Shown here: positions 46,591 through 55,744 of the stretch, piece after piece
How positions within the stretch are numbered: the first letter of the stretch is position 1
Layout: the number at the start of each line of letters is the position of its first letter
NCBI GenBank assembly: GCA_041690395.1
Contig: JAWLHJ010000007.1
Coordinates: 1 to 64,000 of the forward strand
Reading direction: 5' to 3'
Length of the DNA: 64,000 bases
From: Longimicrobiales bacterium
GTDB taxonomy: Bacteria; Gemmatimonadota; Gemmatimonadetes; Longimicrobiales; Gaopeijiaceae
Notes under the pieces: generated by a model
What the model was told of the DNA's origin: nothing
The model's input: the letters and a program-made list of their open reading frames with translations, nothing else
Database searches by the model: none
Position numbers and translations under genes: made by a program

Positions 46591-48003
46591 ATGGATCCGA
46601 GTCATCCGGGTGACGTCGCGGCGGGCTCGCTCGAGCAGCAGATCGACGCCTGGCGGGCCCACCTCCGGAGGAGTCGGGCCATCGCGGGCTCCGATGCAGA
46701 GGAGTTGGAAGACCACCTCCGTGAGCAGATCGCCACCCTCGGCGAGCACGGCCTATCCGATGACGAGGCCTTCCTGGTGGCGGTCAAGCGCATGGGCGCC
46801 ATCGACGCCCTGACCCGGGAGTTCGCGCGGGAGCACTCGGATCGTCTCTGGAAGCAGCTCGTCCTTGCGGGGGACGGGGCGGGCGGGGTCGGTGCCGAGC
46901 CACTGTCGGCCTATGGTTCCCGGCGCATGCGGATGGCCCTCGCCCTGGCGGTGGCCGCCGGCGTGGCCATCAAGGTTCCGGGGCTCTTCGGGATTCCGTT
47001 CGACCCGGACGCGAGCCTTTTCTACCCCGTCAACATCGCGTTCTTCACCCTCCCGTTCATTGCGGCGTACTTCGCGTGGGAACGGCCCCTGTCGACCTCC
47101 GGCCGGCTCTGGGCGGCGGGTGCGTTCATACTCGCGGCGGTCGCGGTCAACACCTTTCCGTTCTCCTTCGCGCCCTCCGAGGAGGCCGACACGCTCATCC
47201 TCACCATGCTCCACCTGCCCATCACACTCTGGATGGTCGTGGGCTTCGCCTACGTCGGTGGCCGGTGGCGGGGGAGCGAGCGGCCGATGGACTTCATCCG
47301 CTTCACCGGTGAGCTCTTCATCTACTACGTGCTCATCGGTCTGGGCGGGGGCGTCCTCATAGGGCTGACGTTCGTCCTTTTCGAAGCGATCGGCATCGAC
47401 GTGGAGCCCCTCGTGCAGGGGTGGATCCTGCCCTGCGGCGTCGCGGGCGCCACCGTCGTCGCCACGTGGCTGGTGGAGGCCAAGCAGAGCGTGATCGAGA
47501 ACATGGCGCCGGTGCTGGCGCGGATCTTCATCCCGCTCTTCGCGCTGGTGCTTCTCGCCTTCGTCGCGACCATGGCCGCGACGGGCCGGGGCATCGACGT
47601 GGAGCGGGAGATTCTGATCGCCGTCGACCTGCTGCTCGTGGTGGTCTTCGGATTGCTGCTCTATTCGATCTCGGCCCGGGATCCCCTGTCACCTCCCGGA
47701 CTCCTCGACGGGCTCCAGCTCACGCTGGTGGGGACCGCGCTGCTCGTCGACGTCCTCGCGCTGTGGGCCATCGGCGCCCGCATCTCGGAGATGGGGTGGA
47801 CGCCCAACCGCTTCTCGGCGCTGGGTATGAACGTGGTGCTACTGGTCAACCTGGCCGGCTCGGCCTTCCTCTACACACGGTTCCTCCGGGGCAGGGTCGT
47901 GTTCTCACGGCTCTGGGATTGGCAGATGACGTACGTCTGCGTCATTGCCGCATGGGCGGCTGTCGTGGCTTTCCTGTTTCCGGTGGTGTTCGGGTTCCGC
48001 TGA
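46591..48003 (+). CDS. multi-pass membrane protein with N-terminal 'permease prefix' domain
   Basis: ELEDHL...GLSDDEAF..AVKRMG followed by about 11 TM segments; typical PadR partner. Confidence 0.8.
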   Translation: MDPSHPGDVAAGSLEQQIDAWRAHLRRSRAIAGSDAEELEDHLREQIATLGEHGLSDDEAFLVAVKRMGAIDALTREFAREHSDRLWKQLVLAGDGAGGVGAEPLSAYGSRRMRMALALAVAAGVAIKVPGLFGIPFDPDASLFYPVNIAFFTLPFIAAYFAWERPLSTSGRLWAAGAFILAAVAVNTFPFSFAPSEEADTLILTMLHLPITLWMVVGFAYVGGRWRGSERPMDFIRFTGELFIYYVLIGLGGGVLIGLTFVLFEAIGIDVEPLVQGWILPCGVAGATVVATWLVEAKQSVIENMAPVLARIFIPLFALVLLAFVATMAATGRGIDVEREILIAVDLLLVVVFGLLLYSISARDPLSPPGLLDGLQLTLVGTALLVDVLALWAIGARISEMGWTPNRFSALGMNVVLLVNLAGSAFLYTRFLRGRVVFSRLWDWQMTYVCVIAAWAAVVAFLFPVVFGFR

Positions 48004-48039
48004 GGCAACGGGCACGCCTCGGAGAACTCCGGCGGCCGG

Positions 48040-48900
48040 CTACCTTCTGACCCAGACGGACTTGGGACCGTTGAGCAGCCGCATGTGTCCGGATCGGTCG
48101 ATGGCGAGCTGGAGGAGGTCGGGGCCGTCGGGCCTCTGGTATTCCAGGGTCACGATGCGCTTGCCCTCGTCGCTCTTCGTTTGGGCTTCAGTGATCACAC
48201 CGCCGACGCGAACGTCTCCTGGTCCGAAGTGGCTGAACGCATAGCCCGGCGCGATCCGTATGGTCCGGCCCTCGAGACGCTCGTCCATGGTCGTCCAAAC
48301 GCCGCGCACGATATCGGGCGCCAGCCCATCTCCCACGGGCTCCGAGACGTGGCCTCCCGCGGAGAGCCTGAGCCCAACCAGCCCGAGCGCGGCGATCCCG
48401 AGCAGACCCGCCAGAACGAACCTCAGGGGCACGCCACCGTCGTCTTCGGGGACGGGCGTCTCCACGACCGTGGGCCGGGGCACCGTTGTTGTCGGGCCTC
48501 CGAGCGACCAGGCGATCCCAGGCTGGTTACGGAGGTGCATGGTTCCGTCCGGACGCGTGACCATCTCCAGGCTGTTCGGTCCTTCCCGGGTCTGGTACTC
48601 GAGCCGGACGACCCGGTCGCCTTCCGCCTCGAACGCCCGGGCGGAGGTGAGTCTTCCGACCAGGGGCTCGGCGTCGCCGCGCTGGAGGACGACGGTGGTC
48701 GCCGACACCTCGATGCCGCGACCGGCGTAACGGGCGTCCGACGTCGTCCATTGCCCGCGGACATCCGCTGGAGCTTCCTCCAAGGCGGCGCCGGGCTCCC
48801 GGAGCACCCACCACCGCACGCCCACCGTCACGAGGAGCAAGGTTCCCAGAACGAAGTAGATCGCGACCGGTCGACGCTTGGCCTCTTTCTGCGCGACCAT
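48040..48900 (-). CDS. hypothetical membrane protein with an internally duplicated domain
   Basis: TM-domain-TM-domain layout; both domains share VRG.WTT.D.R..GR.I...LEYQ...GP..L...G.M.L.N.P...W. Confidence 0.75.
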   Translation of the reverse strand: MVAQKEAKRRPVAIYFVLGTLLLVTVGVRWWVLREPGAALEEAPADVRGQWTTSDARYAGRGIEVSATTVVLQRGDAEPLVGRLTSARAFEAEGDRVVRLEYQTREGPNSLEMVTRPDGTMHLRNQPGIAWSLGGPTTTVPRPTVVETPVPEDDGGVPLRFVLAGLLGIAALGLVGLRLSAGGHVSEPVGDGLAPDIVRGVWTTMDERLEGRTIRIAPGYAFSHFGPGDVRVGGVITEAQTKSDEGKRIVTLEYQRPDGPDLLQLAIDRSGHMRLLNGPKSVWVRR

Positions 48901-49352
48901 CAGAAGATCTCCGCGAGGCCGATGAACCCGCCGTCGTTGGCGCGGACCACGTCATCCAGGGCGTTCGCCGCCGAGAAGGCCGCGGTGGTGGAGCCGTCCG
49001 GCCCGAGGCTGTAGAGGTCGAAGTCGCTGTTGACGTTCACCAGGAACTGGTCCTTCCGCTTCTCGGACTCGGCCGCTCCGGCGTGATCGAGGTAGACGTA
49101 CGCTCGACCCCAGGGGTCGAGCTCCATCGACCGGCCGACCTCCGCGAGGTTCGCGGGCAACCGGTTGTTGAGGATCCTGAACTCGTTGATCTCCTGTTGG
49201 AGCGCCGAAATCTCACCCACCGCATTGGCGACCTGTGCCCGCTCTCGCACGTCCTCGAAGGTCGGGATCGCGATGCTGGCCAGGATTCCGATCAAGCTCA
49301 TCACGACGAGGAGCTCGATGAGCGTGAAGCCCTTGTTGTCGTTGGGTATCAT
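48900..49352 (-). CDS. type IV pilin / GspG-like pseudopilin
   Basis: KG|FTLIELLVV N-methylation motif; DPWGRAYVY; FDLYSLGPDG. Confidence 0.9.
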   Translation of the reverse strand: MIPNDNKGFTLIELLVVMSLIGILASIAIPTFEDVRERAQVANAVGEISALQQEINEFRILNNRLPANLAEVGRSMELDPWGRAYVYLDHAGAAESEKRKDQFLVNVNSDFDLYSLGPDGSTTAAFSAANALDDVVRANDGGFIGLAEIF

Positions 49353-49412
49353 GTCCGGCTCGAATGCAACTCGATCAGTTCCCGAGGCGTTTCTCCGCAT
49401 CGCCGGTGGTTG

Positions 49413-49428
49413 ACAAGATGCGTGCCAA
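49413..49428 (-). promoter_or_regulatory. sigma54-like promoter upstream of the pilin
   Basis: Minus strand TTGGCACGCATCTTGT; the -12 element reads GT instead of GC. Confidence 0.5.
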
Positions 49429-49866
49429 CGCCCGCTGTCGCGCCCCTCACCGAGCGGGTGCGCTACGTGCGCGCGCCGCTCGCACGCCCTCTTGGATGGT
49501 CCGGAAACCCCCCGGCCCGCACGGGTGTGGCGCCCTATCGAGGGTGCGTAACGGGTCAGGTGACGCTCCGCAGCACAAGTTCTGCCGCCCCCTGTGCGGA
49601 GCGGCGCCCGGCGGCCCCGACTCTCGCGGGACGCCAGACTCTCGCGCAGAACTCAAAGGGGAGGCGCCCCCGCGCGGTCAGTCTGCTCCCGGCGCCCGCA
49701 CCGGATCGACGTTGCCGCGCGCCGGGCCGGCGCACGACAGGCGGCTGAGGCCGATAGCGCGATCCACGGCGGCCCCATAGGCGTCGGCGTCCGCTTTCGG
49801 GTGGCCGTTGCGCGCGGATTTCGGCGTACGTGCCCGACCTTGCTTCCGGGTGCATAACTTTGGAGC

Positions 49867-52434
49867 ATGCCCGACCGTCTACCCGAGCCTCGCGCCACCC
49901 TGCCCGACCTTCCCGTCGTTCCCGTCCTCGACGACGTGGCGCGGGCCCTGGCCCACCATCGCGGTGCGGTGCTCGTGGCTCCGCCCGGTGCAGGAAAGAC
50001 CACCCTCGTGCCGTTGGCGCTTCTGGACGTCGAATGGCTGGGGAAGCAGAAGATCATCGTTCTCGAGCCGCGCCGTCTGGCCACCCGGTCGGCCGCCCGG
50101 CGCATGGCCTCGCTGCTCGGCGAGGACGACGCCGGCGGAACCGTGGGCTACCGGGTGCGGATGGACACGAAGGTCGGACCCCGCACCCGCATCGAGGTCG
50201 TGACGGAGGGGGTGCTTACGCGCATGCTGCTCGACGACCCGGGGCTAGCCGGTGTCGGGCTGGTCGTCTTCGACGAGTTCCACGAGCGGTCGTTGCACGC
50301 CGACCTGGGGCTCGCGCTCACGCTGCAGTCCCGTCAGTTGCTGCGCGACGATCTGCGCCTTCTGGTGATGTCCGCGACGCTCGATCCGGCGCCGGTCGCG
50401 GAGCTCCTGGGCGACGCGCCGATCGTGCGGAGCGAGGGGCGGAGCCATCCGGTGGAGACCCGGTTCCGGGACCGGCCGGTGGAGGGATGGATCGAGCCCA
50501 CGACGGTCGCCACGATCCTGGACGCGCTGGACCGAGACGAAGGGGACGTCCTGGTCTTCCTTCCCGGAGCGGGAGAGATCCGGAGGACGGCGGATCGGCT
50601 ACGCGAGGCGGGCCTCGCGCCCCAGGTCGACGTTCACCCGCTCTTCGGCGCGCTCCCCCGGGACGAGCAGGACCGGGCCATCGCGCCGAGCCCGCGGGGA
50701 CGAAGGAAGATCGTGCTCGCCACCGCGATCGCGGAGACCTCCCTCACCATCGAGGGTGTGCGCGTGGTGGTCGACAGCGGCCTCATGCGGGTTCCGCGCT
50801 TCGATCCGCGGAGCGGCATGACAAGCCTGGCTACGGTGACCGTGACGCGCGACTCGGCGGATCAGCGACGCGGACGCGCCGGTCGCACGGCGCCCGGCGT
50901 CTGCTACCGGATGTGGACCAAAGGGGAGGACCATGGCCTGGTACCGACCCGCAGGCCCGAGATCGAGGAGGCCGATCTGGCGCCGCTCGCCCTCGACCTC
51001 GCGGTCTGGGGCGCTCGTCCGGAGGAGCTGCGCTGGATGACGCCGCCGCCCGCGGCCTTGCTGGCCCAGGCGTCCGAGCTGCTCCGTGAGTTGGATGCCA
51101 TCGACGAGGACGGCGTGATCACCGGGCACGGCCGCGAGCTCGCGGGTGCGGGCGTCCATCCACGTCTGGCGCATATGCTCGTCCGGGGCCGGGAGCTCGG
51201 TCACGGGGGCGTGGCCTGCGACGTGGCCGCGCTGCTCGGCGACCGGGACATCCTGGACGGCCCGGGTCGCGCGCCGGACGCCGATCTCCGTCTCAGGGTG
51301 GAGGCCATGCGGCGAGCGCGGGCGCAGTCCGTCTCGCGGGTCGGGTCCGTCGGTGGCCAGCGCGTCCGGGGGGGCGGGCTCCACCGGGCCCTCAAGGAGT
51401 CGAGCCACCTGCGCCGCTCCCTCGGCGTTCCCGATCGCGACGGCGGCCCCGAAGAGGTGGAGCACGTCGGGCTCCTCCTGGGCTTCGCGTATCCGGACCG
51501 GATCGCGCGGCGGCGGGAGGGAAGTCGTGGGCGCTTCCTGCTCCGCAACGGGAAGGGGGCCGAGCTCGGCGACGGGGAAGGGCTCGGCGATGCCGAATGG
51601 ATCGTGGCCGCGGATCTGGACGACCGCGGACGGGACGCCCGGATCTTCCGCGCCGCGCCCGTCGACCAGGAGGAGATCGAGCGGCACTTCGCGGGTCACG
51701 TCCGGGTGGTGGAGGAGGTCACGTGGCGCGCGGACGCCGGCCGGGTCGAGGCCCGCCGCCGCGAGCTGCTCGGCGCGATCACCTTGCGGGAGGCGCCCCT
51801 GAGTGATCCCTCGAGAGACGCGCTCGTGGCCGCGCTCCTCGACGGGATCCGGGCGGAGGGAGTCGGGAGCCTGCCCTGGACGAAGGACGCCGAGCACCTC
51901 CGTGACCGATTGGCTTTCCTGCACGGGATCGATCCGGAGCGCTGGCCCGATCGCTCGGACGACGCTCTCCTCACGGGGCTCGAAGTCTGGCTCGTCCCCT
52001 TCCTGTCGGGCATCGCGTTCCCGCGCCGACTCGGAGACCTCGACCGGATCGACCTCCAGGAGGCGCTGCTCTCCGGTGTGGACTGGGGCGACCGGGCCCG
52101 GCTCGACGAATGGGCGCCCACCCACCTCGAGGTGCCGAGTGGCGCGCGCGTCCCGATCGACTACTCGGACCCGGAGGCCCCGGCGCTCGCGGTCAGGCTC
52201 CAGCAGGTGTTCGGCATGACCGAGACGCCGCGCCTCGGAGGCGGCCGGGTCCCGCTCACCATGAAGCTGCTGTCACCCGCCCACCGGCCGGTGCAGGTGA
52301 CGCGCGATTTGGAGAGCTTCTGGCGGGACGCGTACTTCGACGTCCGCAAGGACCTGCGGGGGCGATATCCGAAGCACCCGTGGCCGGAGGACCCTCTGGT
52401 GGCGGAGCCTACGAACCGGACGAAGCGGCGGTAG
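49867..52434 (+). CDS. hrpB: ATP-dependent helicase HrpB
   Basis: APPGAGKTT, DEFHER, MSAT, QRRGRAGR; C-terminal LLSPA.RPVQVT.DL.SFW...RGRYPKHPWP. Confidence 0.96.
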   Translation: MPDRLPEPRATLPDLPVVPVLDDVARALAHHRGAVLVAPPGAGKTTLVPLALLDVEWLGKQKIIVLEPRRLATRSAARRMASLLGEDDAGGTVGYRVRMDTKVGPRTRIEVVTEGVLTRMLLDDPGLAGVGLVVFDEFHERSLHADLGLALTLQSRQLLRDDLRLLVMSATLDPAPVAELLGDAPIVRSEGRSHPVETRFRDRPVEGWIEPTTVATILDALDRDEGDVLVFLPGAGEIRRTADRLREAGLAPQVDVHPLFGALPRDEQDRAIAPSPRGRRKIVLATAIAETSLTIEGVRVVVDSGLMRVPRFDPRSGMTSLATVTVTRDSADQRRGRAGRTAPGVCYRMWTKGEDHGLVPTRRPEIEEADLAPLALDLAVWGARPEELRWMTPPPAALLAQASELLRELDAIDEDGVITGHGRELAGAGVHPRLAHMLVRGRELGHGGVACDVAALLGDRDILDGPGRAPDADLRLRVEAMRRARAQSVSRVGSVGGQRVRGGGLHRALKESSHLRRSLGVPDRDGGPEEVEHVGLLLGFAYPDRIARRREGSRGRFLLRNGKGAELGDGEGLGDAEWIVAADLDDRGRDARIFRAAPVDQEEIERHFAGHVRVVEEVTWRADAGRVEARRRELLGAITLREAPLSDPSRDALVAALLDGIRAEGVGSLPWTKDAEHLRDRLAFLHGIDPERWPDRSDDALLTGLEVWLVPFLSGIAFPRRLGDLDRIDLQEALLSGVDWGDRARLDEWAPTHLEVPSGARVPIDYSDPEAPALAVRLQQVFGMTETPRLGGGRVPLTMKLLSPAHRPVQVTRDLESFWRDAYFDVRKDLRGRYPKHPWPEDPLVAEPTNRTKRR

Positions 52435-54946
52435 GGGGCGCCTCGGCTTCCGACTCCCGGGCCTCCTGCTCGATGGCCTCGGCTTCGCCGACGCGTCCGA
52501 GCTCCCTCAGCACCAAGGCGTAGTCCGTCAGGATGATCGGGTGGACCGGGCCGGAGCGCCTCAGGAGACCGACGGCTTCGCCGAACGCCTCCGCCGCACC
52601 GGGCCAGTTCTCCTGGAGCCTGCGCGTATTGGCCACCCCGAGAAGGGTGGACACGGCCGCGGGGTGATCCGGCCCGAGCCGGGTCTGACGGATCTCCGTC
52701 GCCCGGACCCACAGCGCCTCGGCCTCGGCGAGATTGCCCTGCTGCTGCCGGAGCGAGGCCAGATTGTTCAGGACCGTGGTCGTGAGGAGCTCCTCCTCGC
52801 CGAAGATCCGTGTGCGGAGCTCGAGCGCCTCGAGGAGATATGGCTCGGCCTCTTCCAACCGGCCCATGTCGGCCAGCATGCTGCCCAGATTCGCGATGGT
52901 CTGGACCGTCTGTGCGTTCTCCGGCCCGTACACCACCCGCTGGATCGGAAGGACCCGCTCGAAGAGCACCGAAGCCGAGTCGAAGAGGCGCATCGAGGCG
53001 TAGGTCGCCGCCAGCCCCTCGGTGGCCTCGAGGATCCCGGGGTGCCGGGGGTCCAGCTCGGGCTCATAGACCTCGAGGGCCCTCCGATAAAGTGGAATCG
53101 CGTCCTCGGGGCGGCCGAACCTGTTGTACCCGGTGGCCAGCCCGATCATCGACTCGCCTACCGCCTCGGCGTTGGGACCTCCCAGACGCTCCCGGAGGCG
53201 AACTCCCCGCTCGAGGGCCTCGACGGCCCGCGCGGAGTCTCCGAGGTCGGCCAGGACCAGGCCGCGCTCTTGCAGGCCGACGACCAGGGCGTGGGACAGC
53301 TCCGGCGTGCGACGCATGGACGGGCCGTCGGTGGTATCCACGACCGCCTCCACCTCGGCCATGAGGGTGTCGAGGACGGCGAACGCCTCGTCGTATTGGT
53401 CGGTGTATCGTAGGGCGCCGGCGAGCGAGTGAGCGATGGTGGCCCGGAGCTCGGGCGTGTCGGCCAGGTCGAGCGCCTCGCGATAGAGGCGCTCCGAGCG
53501 CTCGAAGTCGTCGAGCGCTCCGTAGCTACCCGCCATCACGTTCTTGAGTCGGGCCTGGAGCACGGGCTGCCCCACGAGCTCGGTGTCGATGCGCTCGACG
53601 CCCCGGTCGAGGAGCTCACGAGCGGTCGCCTCCTCGCCAAGTGAGTTCTGTGGATCGGACTCGCCGAAAAGGCCGACCAGGAAGTCCGAGACCTCCTCCG
53701 CCACCCGGGCCTCCTCGAGGGCCGAAGCCTCCGCGGCACGTGCCCTGAGCATACCGGTGGTCGCGGCCGCCGCGCCTCCGACCACCGCGGCGGTCGCGAC
53801 GAGTGCGGCCACCACCGCGGCCCGGTTCCGCCGGACGAACTTTCGGGTGCGGTAGGTCAGGGTCGGCGGGCGCGCCGAGATCGGCAGGGAGCCCTGGAAG
53901 GCCGCCACGTCCTGCATGAGCCGGTCCACGCTCGGGTAGCGCTCGGCGGGATCCCTCCGCATGGCGGTCAGAACGATCGTGTCCAGGTCGCCGGCGAGGC
54001 TCCTGTCTCCGGAAGCCACCGACGGCGGTTGGGGGTCGGAGTCCGTGATGCGGCGCGCGAGCTCGGCCGAGGTCGTGGCCGTGTCGTGTGGGCGCCGGCC
54101 CGTCAGCAGGAGGTAAAGGAGCCCGCCGAGCGCGTAGACGTCGGTGACGACGGTGGCCGGCTCGCCGGAGACCTGCTCGGGGCTGGCGAAGCTGGGCGAC
54201 ATGATGCGTGTGCCGGCCGCGTCCGGATCCCCGGGCTCGAGGAGCTTCGCGATCCCGAAGTCGAGGAGTCGAGGCGTGCCCGTCCGGTCCACGAGGATGT
54301 TTGCGGGCTTGATGTCCCGGTGGATGACCAGCCGCGCATGTGCGTGACGCACCGCGTCGCATATCTGGAGGAAGAGGTCGAGGCGGGCCTCGAGGTCAGG
54401 GGCGTCCTCCTCGCAGAAGCGGTCGACGGGGCGGCCATCGACGTACTCCATGACGACGTAAGGCACACCCTCGGGCGTGCTCCCGCCGTCCAGGAAGCGT
54501 GCGATCGCGGGATGCTCGAGGCCGGCCAGAATCCGGCGTTCGTTGCCGAAGCGCCAGGCCATCTCTTCGGAGTACAACCCGCCGGGCAGGAGCTTGACCG
54601 CCACGATCTGCTCGAAGTCCGCGTCTTCCCGGACGCCGAGGTAGACTACGCCCATGCCGCCCCGGCCGATCTCCTCCGTCAGGCGATAGGGCCCGATCTT
54701 CAGCCCCACGGCGCTCCCGGGCCTCGCGTCACCCTGCGCGGCGGCGACCAGGTCGCGCATGCGATCGGCGACCCGGGTCTCGGCGTGCGCCAGCAGGCTC
54801 TCGACCTCCGCGACGACCCGGGGATCGTCCCCGGCCGCGCGCCGCAGGTACCCGATGCGCTCTTCCTCCGGGAGGGACATCACCTCGGAGAAAAGGCGCT
54901 CGACGCGCGCCCAGACGTCGGGCCCAAGAGGTTCGCTCATGTTCAC
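52409..54946 (-). CDS. membrane Ser/Thr protein kinase with C-terminal TPR repeats
   Basis: GRGGMG, HRDIKPANIL, DFG, SPEQ; TM helix; TPR repeats. Confidence 0.93.
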   Translation of the reverse strand: MNMSEPLGPDVWARVERLFSEVMSLPEEERIGYLRRAAGDDPRVVAEVESLLAHAETRVADRMRDLVAAAQGDARPGSAVGLKIGPYRLTEEIGRGGMGVVYLGVREDADFEQIVAVKLLPGGLYSEEMAWRFGNERRILAGLEHPAIARFLDGGSTPEGVPYVVMEYVDGRPVDRFCEEDAPDLEARLDLFLQICDAVRHAHARLVIHRDIKPANILVDRTGTPRLLDFGIAKLLEPGDPDAAGTRIMSPSFASPEQVSGEPATVVTDVYALGGLLYLLLTGRRPHDTATTSAELARRITDSDPQPPSVASGDRSLAGDLDTIVLTAMRRDPAERYPSVDRLMQDVAAFQGSLPISARPPTLTYRTRKFVRRNRAAVVAALVATAAVVGGAAAATTGMLRARAAEASALEEARVAEEVSDFLVGLFGESDPQNSLGEEATARELLDRGVERIDTELVGQPVLQARLKNVMAGSYGALDDFERSERLYREALDLADTPELRATIAHSLAGALRYTDQYDEAFAVLDTLMAEVEAVVDTTDGPSMRRTPELSHALVVGLQERGLVLADLGDSARAVEALERGVRLRERLGGPNAEAVGESMIGLATGYNRFGRPEDAIPLYRRALEVYEPELDPRHPGILEATEGLAATYASMRLFDSASVLFERVLPIQRVVYGPENAQTVQTIANLGSMLADMGRLEEAEPYLLEALELRTRIFGEEELLTTTVLNNLASLRQQQGNLAEAEALWVRATEIRQTRLGPDHPAAVSTLLGVANTRRLQENWPGAAEAFGEAVGLLRRSGPVHPIILTDYALVLRELGRVGEAEAIEQEARESEAEAPPTAASSGS

Positions 54947-55057
54947 ATTCTACGGCCCTTCGGAGCATCCGGCATGTAGACGCCAGGCCGCGCGAGCTAC
55001 ACGCGCCTCCCCCGCGAGGCTACGCAGCCCTGGACGAACGCCGCGGGGCGTTGAATC

Positions 55058-55642
55058 GTGGACGACATGGACATTCCTCCACCGGACGAACGAGCCGACG
55101 TCACCGCCCTCATCCGCCGCCTCACCTCGGGGGACGAGGAAGCCCTCGACCGGCTGATTCCGCTCGTGTACGACCAACTCCGGGCCGTGGCCCACCGGAG
55201 ACTCCGCTCCGAGCGCACCGGTAACACGCTCCAGACGACGGCGTTGGTGCATGAAGCATACGCCCGCCTGGCGGGCGCGGAGCTGAGCCTGCGGGACCGG
55301 GCCCACTTTTTCGCCCTCGCGGCGCGCACCATGCGCAGGGTCCTGGTGGACGCATCCAGAGCTCGCCTGGCGGGGAAGCGCGGCGGTGGGGCCGAGGTCG
55401 TTCCAATCGGGGCGGCGGCGCTCGAGCTGGCGGACGGGCGCGACGCCGAACAGGTCCTCGAGCTGCACGAGGCGCTGGAACGGCTGGAGGCCCAGGATCC
55501 GCGCAAGGCGAAGGTCATCGAGGCCCACGTGTTCGCGGGGATGACCCGCGACGAGATCGCCGAGGCCGTGGGCGTCTCCACGCCGACGGTCGATCGGGAT
55601 CTCCGGATGGCGCGGGCCTGGCTGGCCCGGGAGCTGGCGTAG
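55058..55642 (+). CDS. ECF sigma factor, kinase-associated (TIGR02999/ECF43-like)
   Basis: TLQTTALVHEAY, RAHFFALAA..MRRVLVD, TVDRDLRMARAWL. Confidence 0.9.
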   Translation: MDDMDIPPPDERADVTALIRRLTSGDEEALDRLIPLVYDQLRAVAHRRLRSERTGNTLQTTALVHEAYARLAGAELSLRDRAHFFALAARTMRRVLVDASRARLAGKRGGGAEVVPIGAAALELADGRDAEQVLELHEALERLEAQDPRKAKVIEAHVFAGMTRDEIAEAVGVSTPTVDRDLRMARAWLARELA

Positions 55643-55744
55643 CAGCCCTGAACGGCCACCACCGGCTCGTGGGTCGATGATAGGGTTCCTTCGGATTTTC
55701 CGCGCAGGGGGGTGAAGGCTCACACGCTTCACCTCGGAGGAACC

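Noticed and set aside
52409..52434. Convergent 3' overlaps (hrpB/kinase; also 32981-33035)
   Set aside because: Short convergent overlaps are common in high-GC genomes.
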